Below are positions 1 through 11,300 of a DNA stretch of 61,563 bases, in pieces; position 1 is the first letter of the stretch; each line of letters starts with the position of its first letter. A program made the position numbers and the translations under genes. The notes beneath the pieces were generated by a model. That model worked only from the letters and a program-made list of their open reading frames with translations, was not told the DNA's origin and made no database searches. The stretch lies in IMG/VR virus record IMGVR_UViG_3300044678_000872, positions 1 to 61,563 of that record, one strand, 5' to 3'. The DNA comes from a virus. Taxonomy: Duplodnaviria > Caudoviricetes.

Positions 1-102
1 CGTAAGTCTGGCGACCTCGGCGGGGTCGTGCAGGGAAATAAAATAAAAAAAGGATCGATGTGGGGCGGGCGTTTCCTCAATACCGCTGACCTCTATCGTT
101 AA
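1..102 (+). CDS. 3' end of the gene upstream of the capsid gene (probable prohead protease/scaffold), partial
   Basis: Frame 1 is open from base 1 (RKSGDLGGVVQ...MWGGRFLNTADLYR*) to TAA at 100-102; it sits directly before the capsid gene. Confidence 0.6.
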   Translation, partial: RKSGDLGGVVQGNKIKKGSMWGGRFLNTADLYR

Positions 103-130
103 ACAAAATTCACTGGGAGGTGAAAAAAAC

Positions 131-1120
131 ATGTCAGAAGAACAAATTTTAGAAAAGGCAGCCGTTACAGGCGTTATTGCTTCAGGAGGAATTGGTGCGG
201 TTTCAACACCAGCATCACAACTTGGACCAGTAGGAACCGCAACACCATCAGATGGTGGTGGTATCCTAAACGCTGAACAGTCAGCCCAATTTATCGAATA
301 TATTTTCGATCAACAAGTTCTTGCTCGTGATGGTCGCCGTGTAACAATGCGTGGCAACACAGCAGAACTAGAGAAGTTAAACGTTGGTGAACGTGTAATC
401 CGTGCTGCTGCACAAGCAGACGCTGCATACACTAACGCTGGAGTTACTTTCACAAAAGTTGAAATCACAACTAAAAAAGTTAGATTAGACTGGGAAGTAT
501 CATCAGAAGCACTTGAAGACAATATCGAAGGCGCAGGATTGGAAGACCATTTGGTCCGTACAATGACTCGTGCATTCGCTAACGATCTTGAAGACTTAGC
601 AATCAACGGAACAGGTTCAGGAACAAATACATTCCTAAACATCCTTGAAGGCTTTTATGTAAAAGAACAAACTGGTAACAGTGCTGGTACATTTGGTACA
701 GACGTTGAAGACTTGCAAGCACTTGTGCTAGCAATGCCACGTAAGTATCGTGCATCAAGAGCAGCCATGAAGTTCTATGCTTCTAGCGAAACAGTAGCCG
801 ATATCATTAATGGTCTTGGCTCATCTGGAAACCTACCTTCAGAAAGAATCGTAGAACGCGTTATTGATGGTGTAGCACCACAAACATTAGGTGCTCCAAT
901 CCAATACCGTGTACTAGGTATTCCTTTGGTAGAAGTACCATTGATGCCTGCAGGATTCGTATCATTGACATTCCCAGAAAATCGTATTTGGGGATTCCAA
1001 AGAGACGTTACTGTTCATCGTGAGTTCCAACCTAAGAAAGATACTATTGAATATACTACTTTCTTACGTTTCGGAGCACAAATCGAAGAAACAGATGCAG
1101 TAGCATACGCAAAACAATAA
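131..1120 (+). CDS. Major capsid protein (HK97 fold)
   Basis: 329 aa; GGILNAEQ..QFI, EALEDNIEG, FANDLEDLAINGT motifs; strong SD GGAGGTG; followed by a terminator. Confidence 0.92.
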   Translation: MSEEQILEKAAVTGVIASGGIGAVSTPASQLGPVGTATPSDGGGILNAEQSAQFIEYIFDQQVLARDGRRVTMRGNTAELEKLNVGERVIRAAAQADAAYTNAGVTFTKVEITTKKVRLDWEVSSEALEDNIEGAGLEDHLVRTMTRAFANDLEDLAINGTGSGTNTFLNILEGFYVKEQTGNSAGTFGTDVEDLQALVLAMPRKYRASRAAMKFYASSETVADIINGLGSSGNLPSERIVERVIDGVAPQTLGAPIQYRVLGIPLVEVPLMPAGFVSLTFPENRIWGFQRDVTVHREFQPKKDTIEYTTFLRFGAQIEETDAVAYAKQ

Positions 1121-1142
1121 CCTAAATTATTTAGGGAATTAG

Positions 1143-1180
1143 AGGGGGAGACACTAAAAATGTCTCCCCTTCAACATTTT
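1143..1180 (+). terminator. Intrinsic terminator after the capsid gene
   Basis: GGGGAGACA-ctaaaaa-TGTCTCCCC stem followed by a T-rich tail. Confidence 0.75.
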
Positions 1181-1187
1181 ATATAAA

Positions 1188-1196
1188 TGATATAAT
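1188..1196 (+). promoter_or_regulatory. Extended -10 promoter (TGATATAAT)
   Basis: TGnTATAAT upstream of SD AAGGAGG and ATG 1221; the motif recurs across the window. Confidence 0.65.
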
Positions 1197-1220
1197 TAGT
1201 AAGGAGGAATTTTATTTATT

Positions 1221-2111
1221 ATGGAAATATTAAATGAAAGACAATATAAGAAAGTTACTTCGCTTACCGCGACTTTTACAGTTTCTCCAAGTGGAACATA
1301 CGTACTAGATTATGAAGACCTTTATACAGGAGAATCATTTTCAGCCTCTGCATCAACAATTTCTGGAGCAGTGTCATTTACTTTAGCACCAAAATATTTA
1401 GACTACACAGGATCCCTAGCAGCCTCAGTTAAAGACTCAAGTGGTAACACTGTCATTATGACAAACATAGAAATCATTAGACCATATTGCAACCTAGATT
1501 CTGTTGCCTCAGCATTATCAATTACTGACGGTAGTGAAATAGGATATGAAAGATTAGCAAGATACATTATAGACTCTCAAACACAAGGCTTTCCATTTGC
1601 TAGAAAAGAAAAAGATATTATAGGCATGGGAATGGACTATCTTCCTATTGATGAAAAAATTTATAAGATATACAAGGTGTATAAAAATGAAGAATTAGTT
1701 TATGACTCAAACCTTAGTGCTAGTGTAAATCTTGTAACATACTCAATTACTAAAGACGGATCTTCAATTACAAATGTAGAAAACGAATCTGATGCTGAAA
1801 ACAAAGTTAATTACAAACCAGTATGGCACGAACGATATTTAGACCCTGCTTTTGCAGACGGATCAGAGTATAGGGTAGATGCCGACTATGGCTGGAAAGT
1901 AGTTCCACAAGATATTCAAGAGGCATGTGAGATGCTGGTACAAGATATCAAGTCTGATAACTTAAGATATATAAATAGATATATAGAGTCATTTGATAAT
2001 GAAGACTTTAAAATTAAATTTGCTAAAAATCCTACCGCTGGTACAGGAAACATGTTTGTTGATAAAATTTTGGAGAAGTATAGAAACAGGCTTCGTATCG
2101 GGGTTTTGTAA
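1221..2111 (+). CDS. Head-tail adaptor/connector protein
   Basis: Follows the capsid gene; C-terminal YGW..VPQDIQEACEMLV and VDKILEKY resemble gp6/gp15-type adaptors. Confidence 0.7.
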   Translation: MEILNERQYKKVTSLTATFTVSPSGTYVLDYEDLYTGESFSASASTISGAVSFTLAPKYLDYTGSLAASVKDSSGNTVIMTNIEIIRPYCNLDSVASALSITDGSEIGYERLARYIIDSQTQGFPFARKEKDIIGMGMDYLPIDEKIYKIYKVYKNEELVYDSNLSASVNLVTYSITKDGSSITNVENESDAENKVNYKPVWHERYLDPAFADGSEYRVDADYGWKVVPQDIQEACEMLVQDIKSDNLRYINRYIESFDNEDFKIKFAKNPTAGTGNMFVDKILEKYRNRLRIGVL

Positions 2112-2584
2112 TGTTTCTTCCATCATCTACTTTAGACGATATATTGTTTCCAATGACTGCAGATGTATACTATGCTGTAACTAAACAACAAGACTATGGA
2201 AACATCTCAAAAACTTGGGTATTTGATAGAAAGATAGATTGTTCAATAATAAGTGAATTATCAACTAGAGGGTTTAATGGAGAACTTAGAACAAAAGGAA
2301 CAGACTTTATTTATGACTCAAATGCTTTTTTAAGAACCAAAGAAGATTTAAGAAAACATACCAATGGAAACTACTACCCTATAACATCTATTTCTATTAC
2401 TAATATCAAAGACCCTTCTGGGAATAATGTTTGGATTAATGGTCAAAATTTAACAAATTCTGCTGCGGTAGTAAATACTAAATATGAAGTAAAAACTATA
2501 GTACCTACATTTGACTATAACCATAACCTAAGACATTTTAGACTTTATATAAGCAAGTCACAGGTTCAGAAGTGGGAGTCATGA
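2111..2584 (+). CDS. Head closure (stopper) protein
   Basis: Gene order, size and beta-rich sequence; coupled to the previous gene (TAATG). Confidence 0.55.
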   Translation: MFLPSSTLDDILFPMTADVYYAVTKQQDYGNISKTWVFDRKIDCSIISELSTRGFNGELRTKGTDFIYDSNAFLRTKEDLRKHTNGNYYPITSISITNIKDPSGNNVWINGQNLTNSAAVVNTKYEVKTIVPTFDYNHNLRHFRLYISKSQVQKWES

Positions 2585-3267
2585 TTACCACTAAAATAAA
2601 CACAAAAAGTTTACTTGCAACAATGAATAGTGTTATTCAATATACTGAAGGATTTACATCAGAGTTAAAAAAGAATGAAGGAAGATTGTCTAAAAAAATT
2701 GCAGAATCTTCTATAGATGTTTTTTATCAATACCTAGATGGCTTAGCAAGAGTTCATCCAGGAATGCTTCATCATGTTTATGAATGGGGTCAAGTTGGAA
2801 ACTCATCAGCAAGATTATTTGAATTAACTTCAACACTTAATGGAAAGAATGCAATAGTCAGTGCTAACTTTTTACAATCTGATTCAACACCACCAAATAG
2901 TGATCAAGAGTTTTATGATAAAGCAACAATTATGGAAGAAGGAATTCCAGTTGTAATTAATCAAGTTGACGCTCAGGCATTGTTTTTTGAAGTAGATGGA
3001 GAAGAGTTTTTTAGAACTGGACCTATTTATATAGCAAACCCTGGCGGTGCAGCGACAAGAGGTTCTTTTGTTAAAGCATTTAATGAATTTTATGGTGTAT
3101 ATTTTAATCAAGTATATTTAGATTCAATTGGATTTTACAGACACTATTCAGATCCTAAAGAATATAGTAAAAAGTTTAGAAGTGCGTCTAAGAGCAGAAA
3201 TGCTAGATCTTTAGGAAAAGACGCTGCACTATCTTGGATTGCTAAAGGTCCTGGAGGAAGAGTATGA
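2581..3267 (+). CDS. Neck/tail completion protein
   Basis: Gene order in the neck module; ATGA overlap at 2581 is the likelier start. Confidence 0.5.
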   Translation: MITTKINTKSLLATMNSVIQYTEGFTSELKKNEGRLSKKIAESSIDVFYQYLDGLARVHPGMLHHVYEWGQVGNSSARLFELTSTLNGKNAIVSANFLQSDSTPPNSDQEFYDKATIMEEGIPVVINQVDAQALFFEVDGEEFFRTGPIYIANPGGAATRGSFVKAFNEFYGVYFNQVYLDSIGFYRHYSDPKEYSKKFRSASKSRNARSLGKDAALSWIAKGPGGRV

Positions 3268-3851
3268 AAATTTATAGACCAGAAAATTTAATTAATGAGT
3301 ATGTGTGGGAACAGTTTAAAACTCAGGCTCCTGCATTTTATAACCTATATCCAAAGACAGTAGGTGGACCAGACTTTATTCCATTTTTTCCAGCGGGTGT
3401 AGGAAATATTCCTCCTGAAGTTATAGATAACGATTTACCATTTATTATCTTTGATAAGTTTACTAAAGTAAGAACAGGTGCTTATAAGTATTTTTATCCT
3501 ATTAAAAGTGAACAGATGAGATATACCATTTATGGTGGATCTTTATCTGGAGATGTTCCAAACGGTGCAAATAGGTATGGTCTCACAATTAATTTAACTA
3601 GTCTTATAACAGCCATACTAGATAGGGAAGACGCAGCAGCATACGATATAAACGAATTTGCGGGCACTCTGAACGACTATAATGACAACTCCTACCCAGA
3701 CCTATTCAAATACAGTTTTCACTGTTTAAATGTGTTTCAATCGGGGTATGCAGAAAGTCAACAAGATGTATCTAATCTAATGGAATATAGACCTTCAAGG
3801 GATTTAATAATAAAGTATGATTATCACTCTAAACAATATAATGAGTCTTAA
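3264..3851 (+). CDS. Tail terminator protein (putative)
   Basis: Immediately precedes the major tail gene; ATGA overlap. Confidence 0.5.
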   Translation: MKIYRPENLINEYVWEQFKTQAPAFYNLYPKTVGGPDFIPFFPAGVGNIPPEVIDNDLPFIIFDKFTKVRTGAYKYFYPIKSEQMRYTIYGGSLSGDVPNGANRYGLTINLTSLITAILDREDAAAYDINEFAGTLNDYNDNSYPDLFKYSFHCLNVFQSGYAESQQDVSNLMEYRPSRDLIIKYDYHSKQYNES

Positions 3852-3919
3852 AACAACGATATAATAGTATTGAGGAAACAGCCCCACTTTTCCTTACAAA
3901 AAGGAGGGTGAAATAAAAT

Positions 3920-4612
3920 ATGGCAAATTTAGGTAATAGCAATCAAATTATCGTAGGTGCCGCTCGTCTGTTCGTGTCAAAAGGAACAGGTGGAAAAGGT
4001 GCTTTAAAGTATTCACAAGGTTCTGGTTCAGCAGCAGTTTACAACTTCTCTGGCTCAGGCAGCGTATCTGGTATTCCTCCATTCGCAAACGGAACACCGT
4101 TTGCAGACACAATGGAAGCAGCAACAGATTACAACAACGTTGGATACACCATGAATGGTTTGGAATTACAATTCCAACCAGACTTTGGTGAAGTTCAAGT
4201 TGATCAATTACTTGACGTAGCAAAACTTTACAAACAAGGTATGCAAGTTAACTTAGCAACAGCATTCGCTGAAGCAACACTTGAAAACCTATTGTTAGCA
4301 GTTGCTGCTCCAAGTTCAGATAAGTATGATGGTGCAACAGAAGATACATTAATTCTAAATTCTGGTGAACTAGGTGCAGTTCCAGTTGAACGAGCAATCG
4401 TTGCAGTTGGTCCAGGATCTGGAGACCCAGATGCAGTAGGTGCATCAGCAGTAGAACGCGTATATGTAGCACACCGTGCACTTTCAATTGAAAGCGTAAC
4501 AGTTTCTGCAAAGCGTGATGAACCATCAATGTTTGAAGTATCATTCCGTCTACTTCCAGCATCAAACGGATCTTACGGTAAAATCGTAGATCGTGTTCGC
4601 GGTTCAGTCTAA
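3920..4612 (+). CDS. Major tail (tube) protein
   Basis: IIVGAARLF, VGYTMNGLELQFQPDFGEVQVDQ, FAEATLENL motifs; strong SD; terminator follows. Confidence 0.85.
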   Translation: MANLGNSNQIIVGAARLFVSKGTGGKGALKYSQGSGSAAVYNFSGSGSVSGIPPFANGTPFADTMEAATDYNNVGYTMNGLELQFQPDFGEVQVDQLLDVAKLYKQGMQVNLATAFAEATLENLLLAVAAPSSDKYDGATEDTLILNSGELGAVPVERAIVAVGPGSGDPDAVGASAVERVYVAHRALSIESVTVSAKRDEPSMFEVSFRLLPASNGSYGKIVDRVRGSV

Positions 4613-4631
4613 CACAACTAAATAAACACTT

Positions 4632-4662
4632 AGCCCATCTCTCTTTTCGAGAGGTGGGTTTT
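4632..4662 (+). terminator. Intrinsic terminator
   Basis: GCCCATCTCTC-ttttc-GAGAGGTGGGT followed by TTT; TGCTATAAT promoter at 4664-4672 directly after. Confidence 0.8.
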
Positions 4663-4697
4663 GTGCTATAATTTTATATATATCCATAGGAGGATAA

Positions 4698-5033
4698 ATG
4701 GCAACAAGTGTCTATGAAGTTGTAGAAGTTGAATTACTAGACGGTACTAAAGTAACAATGAAACCTTTAAAGATCTCTTTATTAAGAGATTTTATGAAAG
4801 AGTTTCAAAAAATATCAGATGCATCAATTGCTGAAGACAACATTAAATCAATGGATCTTCTAGTAAGTTGTGCTGCAATCGCTATGAGACAGTATGATGA
4901 AAAATTAGCAGATAAAGCAAAACTTGAAGAGATTATTGATTTACCAACAGTTTATAAAGTAATTGAAGTGGCTGCAGGAATTAAGTTGAACGACCCAAAC
5001 GCACTAGCGGCGGCTCTAGTTGGGACGAACTAG
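4698..5033 (+). CDS. Tail assembly chaperone (gpG-like)
   Basis: Between the tail tube and tape measure genes; contains slippery heptamer CCCAAAC at 4994-5000. Confidence 0.8.
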   Translation: MATSVYEVVEVELLDGTKVTMKPLKISLLRDFMKEFQKISDASIAEDNIKSMDLLVSCAAIAMRQYDEKLADKAKLEEIIDLPTVYKVIEVAAGIKLNDPNALAAALVGTN

Positions 5034-5368
5034 ATCTCGCCGAGATAGAATCTAAAGTATTTCTTCTGGGATTCTGGAAGAATTACGAAGAACTTGAAGA
5101 TTCATTATCTTTACCTGAGTTGATAGAAATAATATCAACAAAAAGAGATGAAGATTATGAAAATAAAAAATTCTTCGCTTCCTTAAAAGGGATAGATTTA
5201 GATAAAAGTTCTAAGTCGTCTCAAGATGCTTGGGAACAAATGAAGGCAAGGGTTTTCAGCAAAGGAAAAACCTCTAATCCTAACGATATAGTAGCACTAC
5301 AAGGTTCTGCTGCAAGGCAAAAAGGCTTTGGAATCGGACAAGGGTTAGACTATGAGGTGATTAGTTAG
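4698..5368 (+). CDS. Tail assembly chaperone, -1 frameshift fusion product (gpGT-like)
   Basis: The -1 frame is open from 4985 to 5368 (PKRTSGGSSWDELDLAEIE...) with no good independent start; XXXYYYZ heptamer in the overlap. Confidence 0.75.
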
Positions 5369-8300
5369 TGGCTGACGTAGCCAAAGGTATTATTGACATT
5401 GAGATCAATACTGGTAATGCCGCTGCCCAATTAAAGGCTTTACAACAACAAATTAATGCTTTTACCCTTTCGGTAAATAAAAACAATTCATTTCAATCAA
5501 ATGCTGCTGCAAAATATACAAGTGAACTAAAAGATTTAATAAACGCAAGCAGATTCTTTACAGCAGAAACAGTAAAGATGAGAACATCTGCTGGTGCTCT
5601 TGATGCTACCTTAAGAAAAGGTCAAGGAACTCTTGGTCAATTCTTTAATGCCAAGTTTAATAGAAACAGTGCTTTATTTGCAGAGACTATGGGTCTTGCA
5701 TCAGAACGTGCAAGAACAATGCAAACTCAATTTATTGCAACTACTGGTGCTTCCAGAGGTATGCAAGAAGCATTGGCTATCAGACCACTTGCAGCATTTA
5801 ACTCACAGTTAACAATCGCTTCTCAAAGATCTCAAATTCTTACATCGATGTTCAAACAAGGAACAACACAATTAATTAATTTTGGTAAAAACGTACAGTG
5901 GGCTGGTCGTCAGTTGATGGTTGGTTTTACATTACCACTAACGGTATTTGGAACTACTGCAGGAAAAACCTTTATGGAATTAGAAAAACAAGCAGTAGCA
6001 TTTAAAAAAGTTTATGGAGATATCTTTACAACTCCAGCAGAATTACAAGGAAACCTTGAATCAGTTATGGCTCTTGGTAGAGAATATACAAAATATGGAA
6101 TTGCAGTTAAAGACACAGTAGGGCTGGCTGCCCAGGCTGCAGCAGCAGGTCGTAGAAATAAAGATTTAACAGATGCTGTAACTCAGGCAACAAGATTAGC
6201 AACTCTTGGTCAAATGAGTCAAAATGAAGCCCTTGATACTACTATTGCTTTACAGAGTGCATTTAGACTTAGCGGTCAAGAACTAGCAGATACAGTTAAC
6301 TTCTTAAACATGGTAGAAAACCAAACAGTTGTTAGTTTACAAGATTTGGCTGCAGCAATTCCGCGTGTTGCTCCAGTTATTCAAGGTTTAGGTGGAGATG
6401 TAAAAGATATGTCAGTATTTCTTGCAGCAATGCAAGAAGGTGGAGTATCAGCAGAACAAGGTGCTAACGCATTAAAGTCAGGTCTTGGATCTTTAATTAA
6501 CCCAACAAAAGCAGCAACCCAAATGCTTGCTGGATTTAACATTAATCTTGATGCTATTATTCAAGCAAATCGTGGTGACTTAATGGGTACAGTTATGGAA
6601 TTTGGAAAAGCATTACAAACATTAGATGAATTTTCAAGACAACAAGTTCTAGAACAAGTATTTGGTAAATTTCAATATGCACGTCTAGGAGCATTATTTG
6701 AGAACATTGTTAGAGATGGATCTCAAGCAAATCAAGTATTACAAACAATGGGCTTTAGTTCTGAACAATTAAGACAAACAGCAGAAAAAGAATTAGGGGT
6801 AATCGAAAATTCTTTTGGTGTTCAATTAATCGCGGCTATTGAAAAATTTAAATTAGCAATTGCACCTATAGGACAACTATTTGTTGAACTTGCTATTCCT
6901 GTTGTAAACTTTATCACTAGCATTGTTGATAAATTTAACAGTCTTCCAGACTTTACAAAGAAATTTATAGCATTTGCAACTATCATTACTGGTCTTGTTA
7001 TTCCTGCTGGAACTATGTTCTTTGGTTTATTAATGAACTTAAGTGGAACTCTTGCAAAACTTTTACAATCTATTGGAATATTTTCTAAAGGATTAATGAA
7101 AGGTGGACTCCTTGGCGGAGTTCAAGCACTGACACAATCAATGAAATACTTATCTCTTGAAGAAATAGATGCTGCTATTGCAGCAAAACAATTAGGTAAT
7201 GCAACAATGTCTTCGAACGATGCTTTTCGACAACAAGTTGCAGCAGCAGAGGGTGCTAGAGTTGCAGTTAAAAATCTTGGAGATACATATCAATATCTGA
7301 TTGCAAGAATGGCAGAGGCTGCTGGATTATCTAAAGTTACTTTTGCAACACCAGGTACTGCATTAAAAACAGCACAAGCCAGATCAAAAAATATTAAAGG
7401 TGCATTTCCAAGAAGATTTGCTACTGGTGGACCAGTTCCAGGAAGTGGAAATCAAGATACAGTCCCAGCAATGCTTACCCCTGGAGAATTTGTTGTAACA
7501 AAAGATGCAACTAAGAGTATAGGTACAAAATTTTTAGAAAGATTAAATATGGGTGGAGTTGCTGGATATAAGAATGGCACTAAAAAAATAGAAAATCAAA
7601 TAAATTTAGAAGCAATGAAAAATGAAGCAGGTGCTACAACATCAACGCAATCTGAAAGACAATCTACATTAGGTGCATCACAAAGAGCACATAATATTGC
7701 AGGACAAACAGCGGTTGCTGGACCTGGCGGCGTATCTACTTCTAGAGGAGTTATACCAGAAGGTTATACTTACCAAAAATTAGCAGATAGAATAATAGAT
7801 ATTGATGCTACATTAAACAATAATTTAAAAGATAAAGGTGTAACTGGAAGACAGTTGTTAAATGATTTTAAAGCAAGAAAAATGTCTGTATTTCAAACTA
7901 TGGATAATCAATTTGTTAATTTCTTTGAGGATGAAAAGATAAGATTACAAACAACAACAAATTTAAACTCAGGTCAAATTGCAAAAAAATTAAGACAGAT
8001 TGAAGCAAATTATACTAAAACTAAAAAACAAATATATAGAAGATATATTAAAACATTTTCAAGATATCCAGATAGAGTATTTACAGACACCGATCTAGGG
8101 AAAGTGTCAAATCAAGTTTATAGGGTTTTTGATAAAAACAGTACATTGAAAAATTTTCACAATGAACTTAAACAGTTTCGTAGTACAAGAATAAGAAAAA
8201 CAGAATTAAAAGAAACCGCTAGATCTGCAGGATTATCTACAAAAGGAACCATACCAGAACTGTTAAATAGAATAGAAGATGATAGAGTTGCAAAAGGTTT

Positions 8301-11300
8301 AGCACCAATGGATTCTAAACTAAAATCAAATATTATAAATAGAGGAACAAATGAACCAGCAAAAGGATCAAAAGAGTCAAGATTGTTTTATGGAGATAAA
8401 AATAAAGGTGGAAGATTTAATAGACGTGAATATGTAAAAACTATAGCAAAAGTACTTGGTAAAAAATTTGCTAAAGGTGGATCTGTTCCATCATTGTTAA
8501 CACCTGGTGAGTTTGTTGTAAATAAAGATGCAGCCGCTGCTAATAGACCATTCCTTGATGCATTAAATGCTGGTCAAGTAAAGAAATTCCAATTTGGAAC
8601 ACCAGCAGCAGAATATGACACAGAGGCTGGTCCAATGACAAGAAGTCAAAGCAGAAAAATGGGAATAAGATCAGTTGGTAATAGAGTACGTGGTGGAGCA
8701 AGTGCTGCATCATTTGGAGGATTTTTAGTTGGAGGAGCATTACAAACAAGTTCTAATGAAGCAGCAAGGTCAATTGGTGGAGTAGTTATTGCAGCATCAA
8801 TGGCACAGCAAGCATTTTCATTGCTTGGTCCAGTGGTAAAAAAGTTAGCAATAAGGTTGCCAATGCTTACAAATCCAGTAGGTTTAGCAATAACAGGATT
8901 TATGGCAACAGCAGGAATTTTAACATACGTTTTTAACAAACAACTTGCAAAGTTAACAGATGCTAGTGCCGCAATGACTAGAGCAATGTATGGTGGATCA
9001 GAAAGTTTAGAAAATTTTGCACAGGCATATGGAAGAAAAACTTTTAGACAACAAGCGATTGAATCAGCAACGTCTGCTGTTGGAGGTCAAACATCTCAAG
9101 AAAGTCAACAATTCTCATCTCAGTTTATGCAACAAGATCAAGGTCAACAATTATTAGAATCAATTAGGAAGATAAGAAAAGAAGGTGGAGATGCCGTACA
9201 AGCACTTAGAAATCAATTATCTCAGGCAGTTGTGTCTGGATTAATAACTACTGAAGAGGCTAAGACAATAGCAAAAGATGTTGGCGTAGCATTAAATGAT
9301 CAAAATTTAGCAGTTAATGCTGTAGGACAAATTGTTGAGTTGTTAGGTCCAAATGGAGAAAAGTTAGATAATAACACAATGCAAATTATTGCTGAAATTA
9401 GTCCAAAATTTAACTTTGCAGAAATGCGAGCACAAGCAGAAAAAGCATATCAAGAAGATACTGGATTTTTTGCAAAACTATTTGGAAGAAAAGAAGACCA
9501 AACTCAGGCAGTACTTACTGCAGATGTAGTGCAAGGATTAGCAATAACTACTGAAAATTTTGCAAATGCAACAGCAAAAGCAAGAGATCAATATATAAAT
9601 GGACAAATTGATCTTAAAAAATATAACGAAGAAATAGCAGCATATGCAGTAGCGGTGGGAACAGAGTCTACTAAGGCTACTCAAATATTTGCTAGAAATA
9701 TTGGGATTTCTGTTAATGATATAGAAAAGTTTGCTAAAGAAGTAGAAGTTAAAGGCTCATATGGTGATAAAGTTTGGACAGAGCCAACAAAAAGAGCAAA
9801 ACAAATACAAGCATTTTTTAAAGAACAAAGAAATGGCATTGACACAATGCTAGAAGGACTTGGAGACAAGACTTCTAATGAACTAATTAATGGAATATTA
9901 AAGTTTTCTGGTGGAGAGGGTCCTAAGTCAGCAGAAATATTTAATCAAATGCTTACTGGAACTTTAAGCCAAGATTTACTTAACCAAATTGTAACGTTTT
10001 TAAATAGTCAAGGGTTAACAGATGCAGCAAATCAATTTAAAAGTAAATTTGCTATTTCAACAAGACCAGCAGGTTTTATAGGACCAGTTGCACCTAACAG
10101 TGTGACCCCAGGAGAAGAACAACCTCCAGAGCCTGCACAAAAATCTAAAATTCAATTATTACAAGAGTCAATTACACAAACAAAAGAGTACACAAAAGCA
10201 ATAGATACTTTAATGAAGAAAGGTTTAACAGCAGAAGCGGCTGCTAATTTAGATGCTGCTACAGCAATTGAAATTGTAAAAACTGGTAGATATAAATTAA
10301 TAAAATCAATTAATGATCAAGTTACTGCACAAGCAGTATTGCAAAATGTTTTAAAGTCAAAAGATGAAAGAAGACAAGATATTCTTGACGCAGAAAATGA
10401 TGCAATAGATAATAATATTAGTTTAATTCAAGATCAAATAAATGCAGTTAATAGATTAAATGAACTTGATCAAAGACAAGTTAGTTTAAGGCAAAAAGGT
10501 TTAGATGAACTTTCAAAGAAAGAAACTGCAGTTAATAAAGTTTACAACGATAGGGTAAGTGCTCTTACTAGAGTTAAAGAAGCCAATGCTCAAGTAACTC
10601 AACAACAACAAGATAGAGTTAATCTTGCTTCAGCATTGACTGGTGGAGATATTGCTGCCGCAGCCCAAGCCGCTGCAACTATGACAGAAAATTTTGCATC
10701 AGGTCAAATAGATCAAGCACAAGCAGAATTAGATCTTCAAAGACAAAGAGAAGTTGAAGCCTTGACGGTATCTGTAAATGGTCAATTATTAACTAGACAA
10801 CAAATAGAATCACAGATTGATGTATTTAATGAAAGAATATATCAAAGAAACTTAGCAACATTACCTTTACAAGATCAAATATTTGGACAAGAACAAAGAA
10901 AATTAGCAATACAAAGAGAAATTGATAATATTCAATTAAACATAAGACAGAAACAAATACAAGAAGAGCAAAGGGCTGGAAGACTAGTTGGATATTATAA
11001 GTCAATGGCTTGGTGGACTAATCAAAGAGCCAAAGGTACATTTGAAGGAGAACCTCAAGCAACTGGTGGAGTTATACAAAAGAAAGCATTTGGTGGATTT
11101 TTAAAATATACATCTAATGAGCCAGCACCAGGAATGGCAATGGGTGGAAAGATGAAAAAGTATGCAGTTGGAAACATTGTTCCAGGGCTTGGAAATACAG
11201 ATAGGGTTCCAGCATTACTTACACCAGGAGAATTTGTTGTTAGAAAATCAGTAGCCTCAGAAAATATGGATATGTTGAAAGCATTAAATGGGGATGTGTT

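Noticed and set aside
5120-5368. Stand-alone ORF with a TTG start
   Set aside because: The frame is open from 4985 and is better explained as the -1 frameshift extension of the tail chaperone
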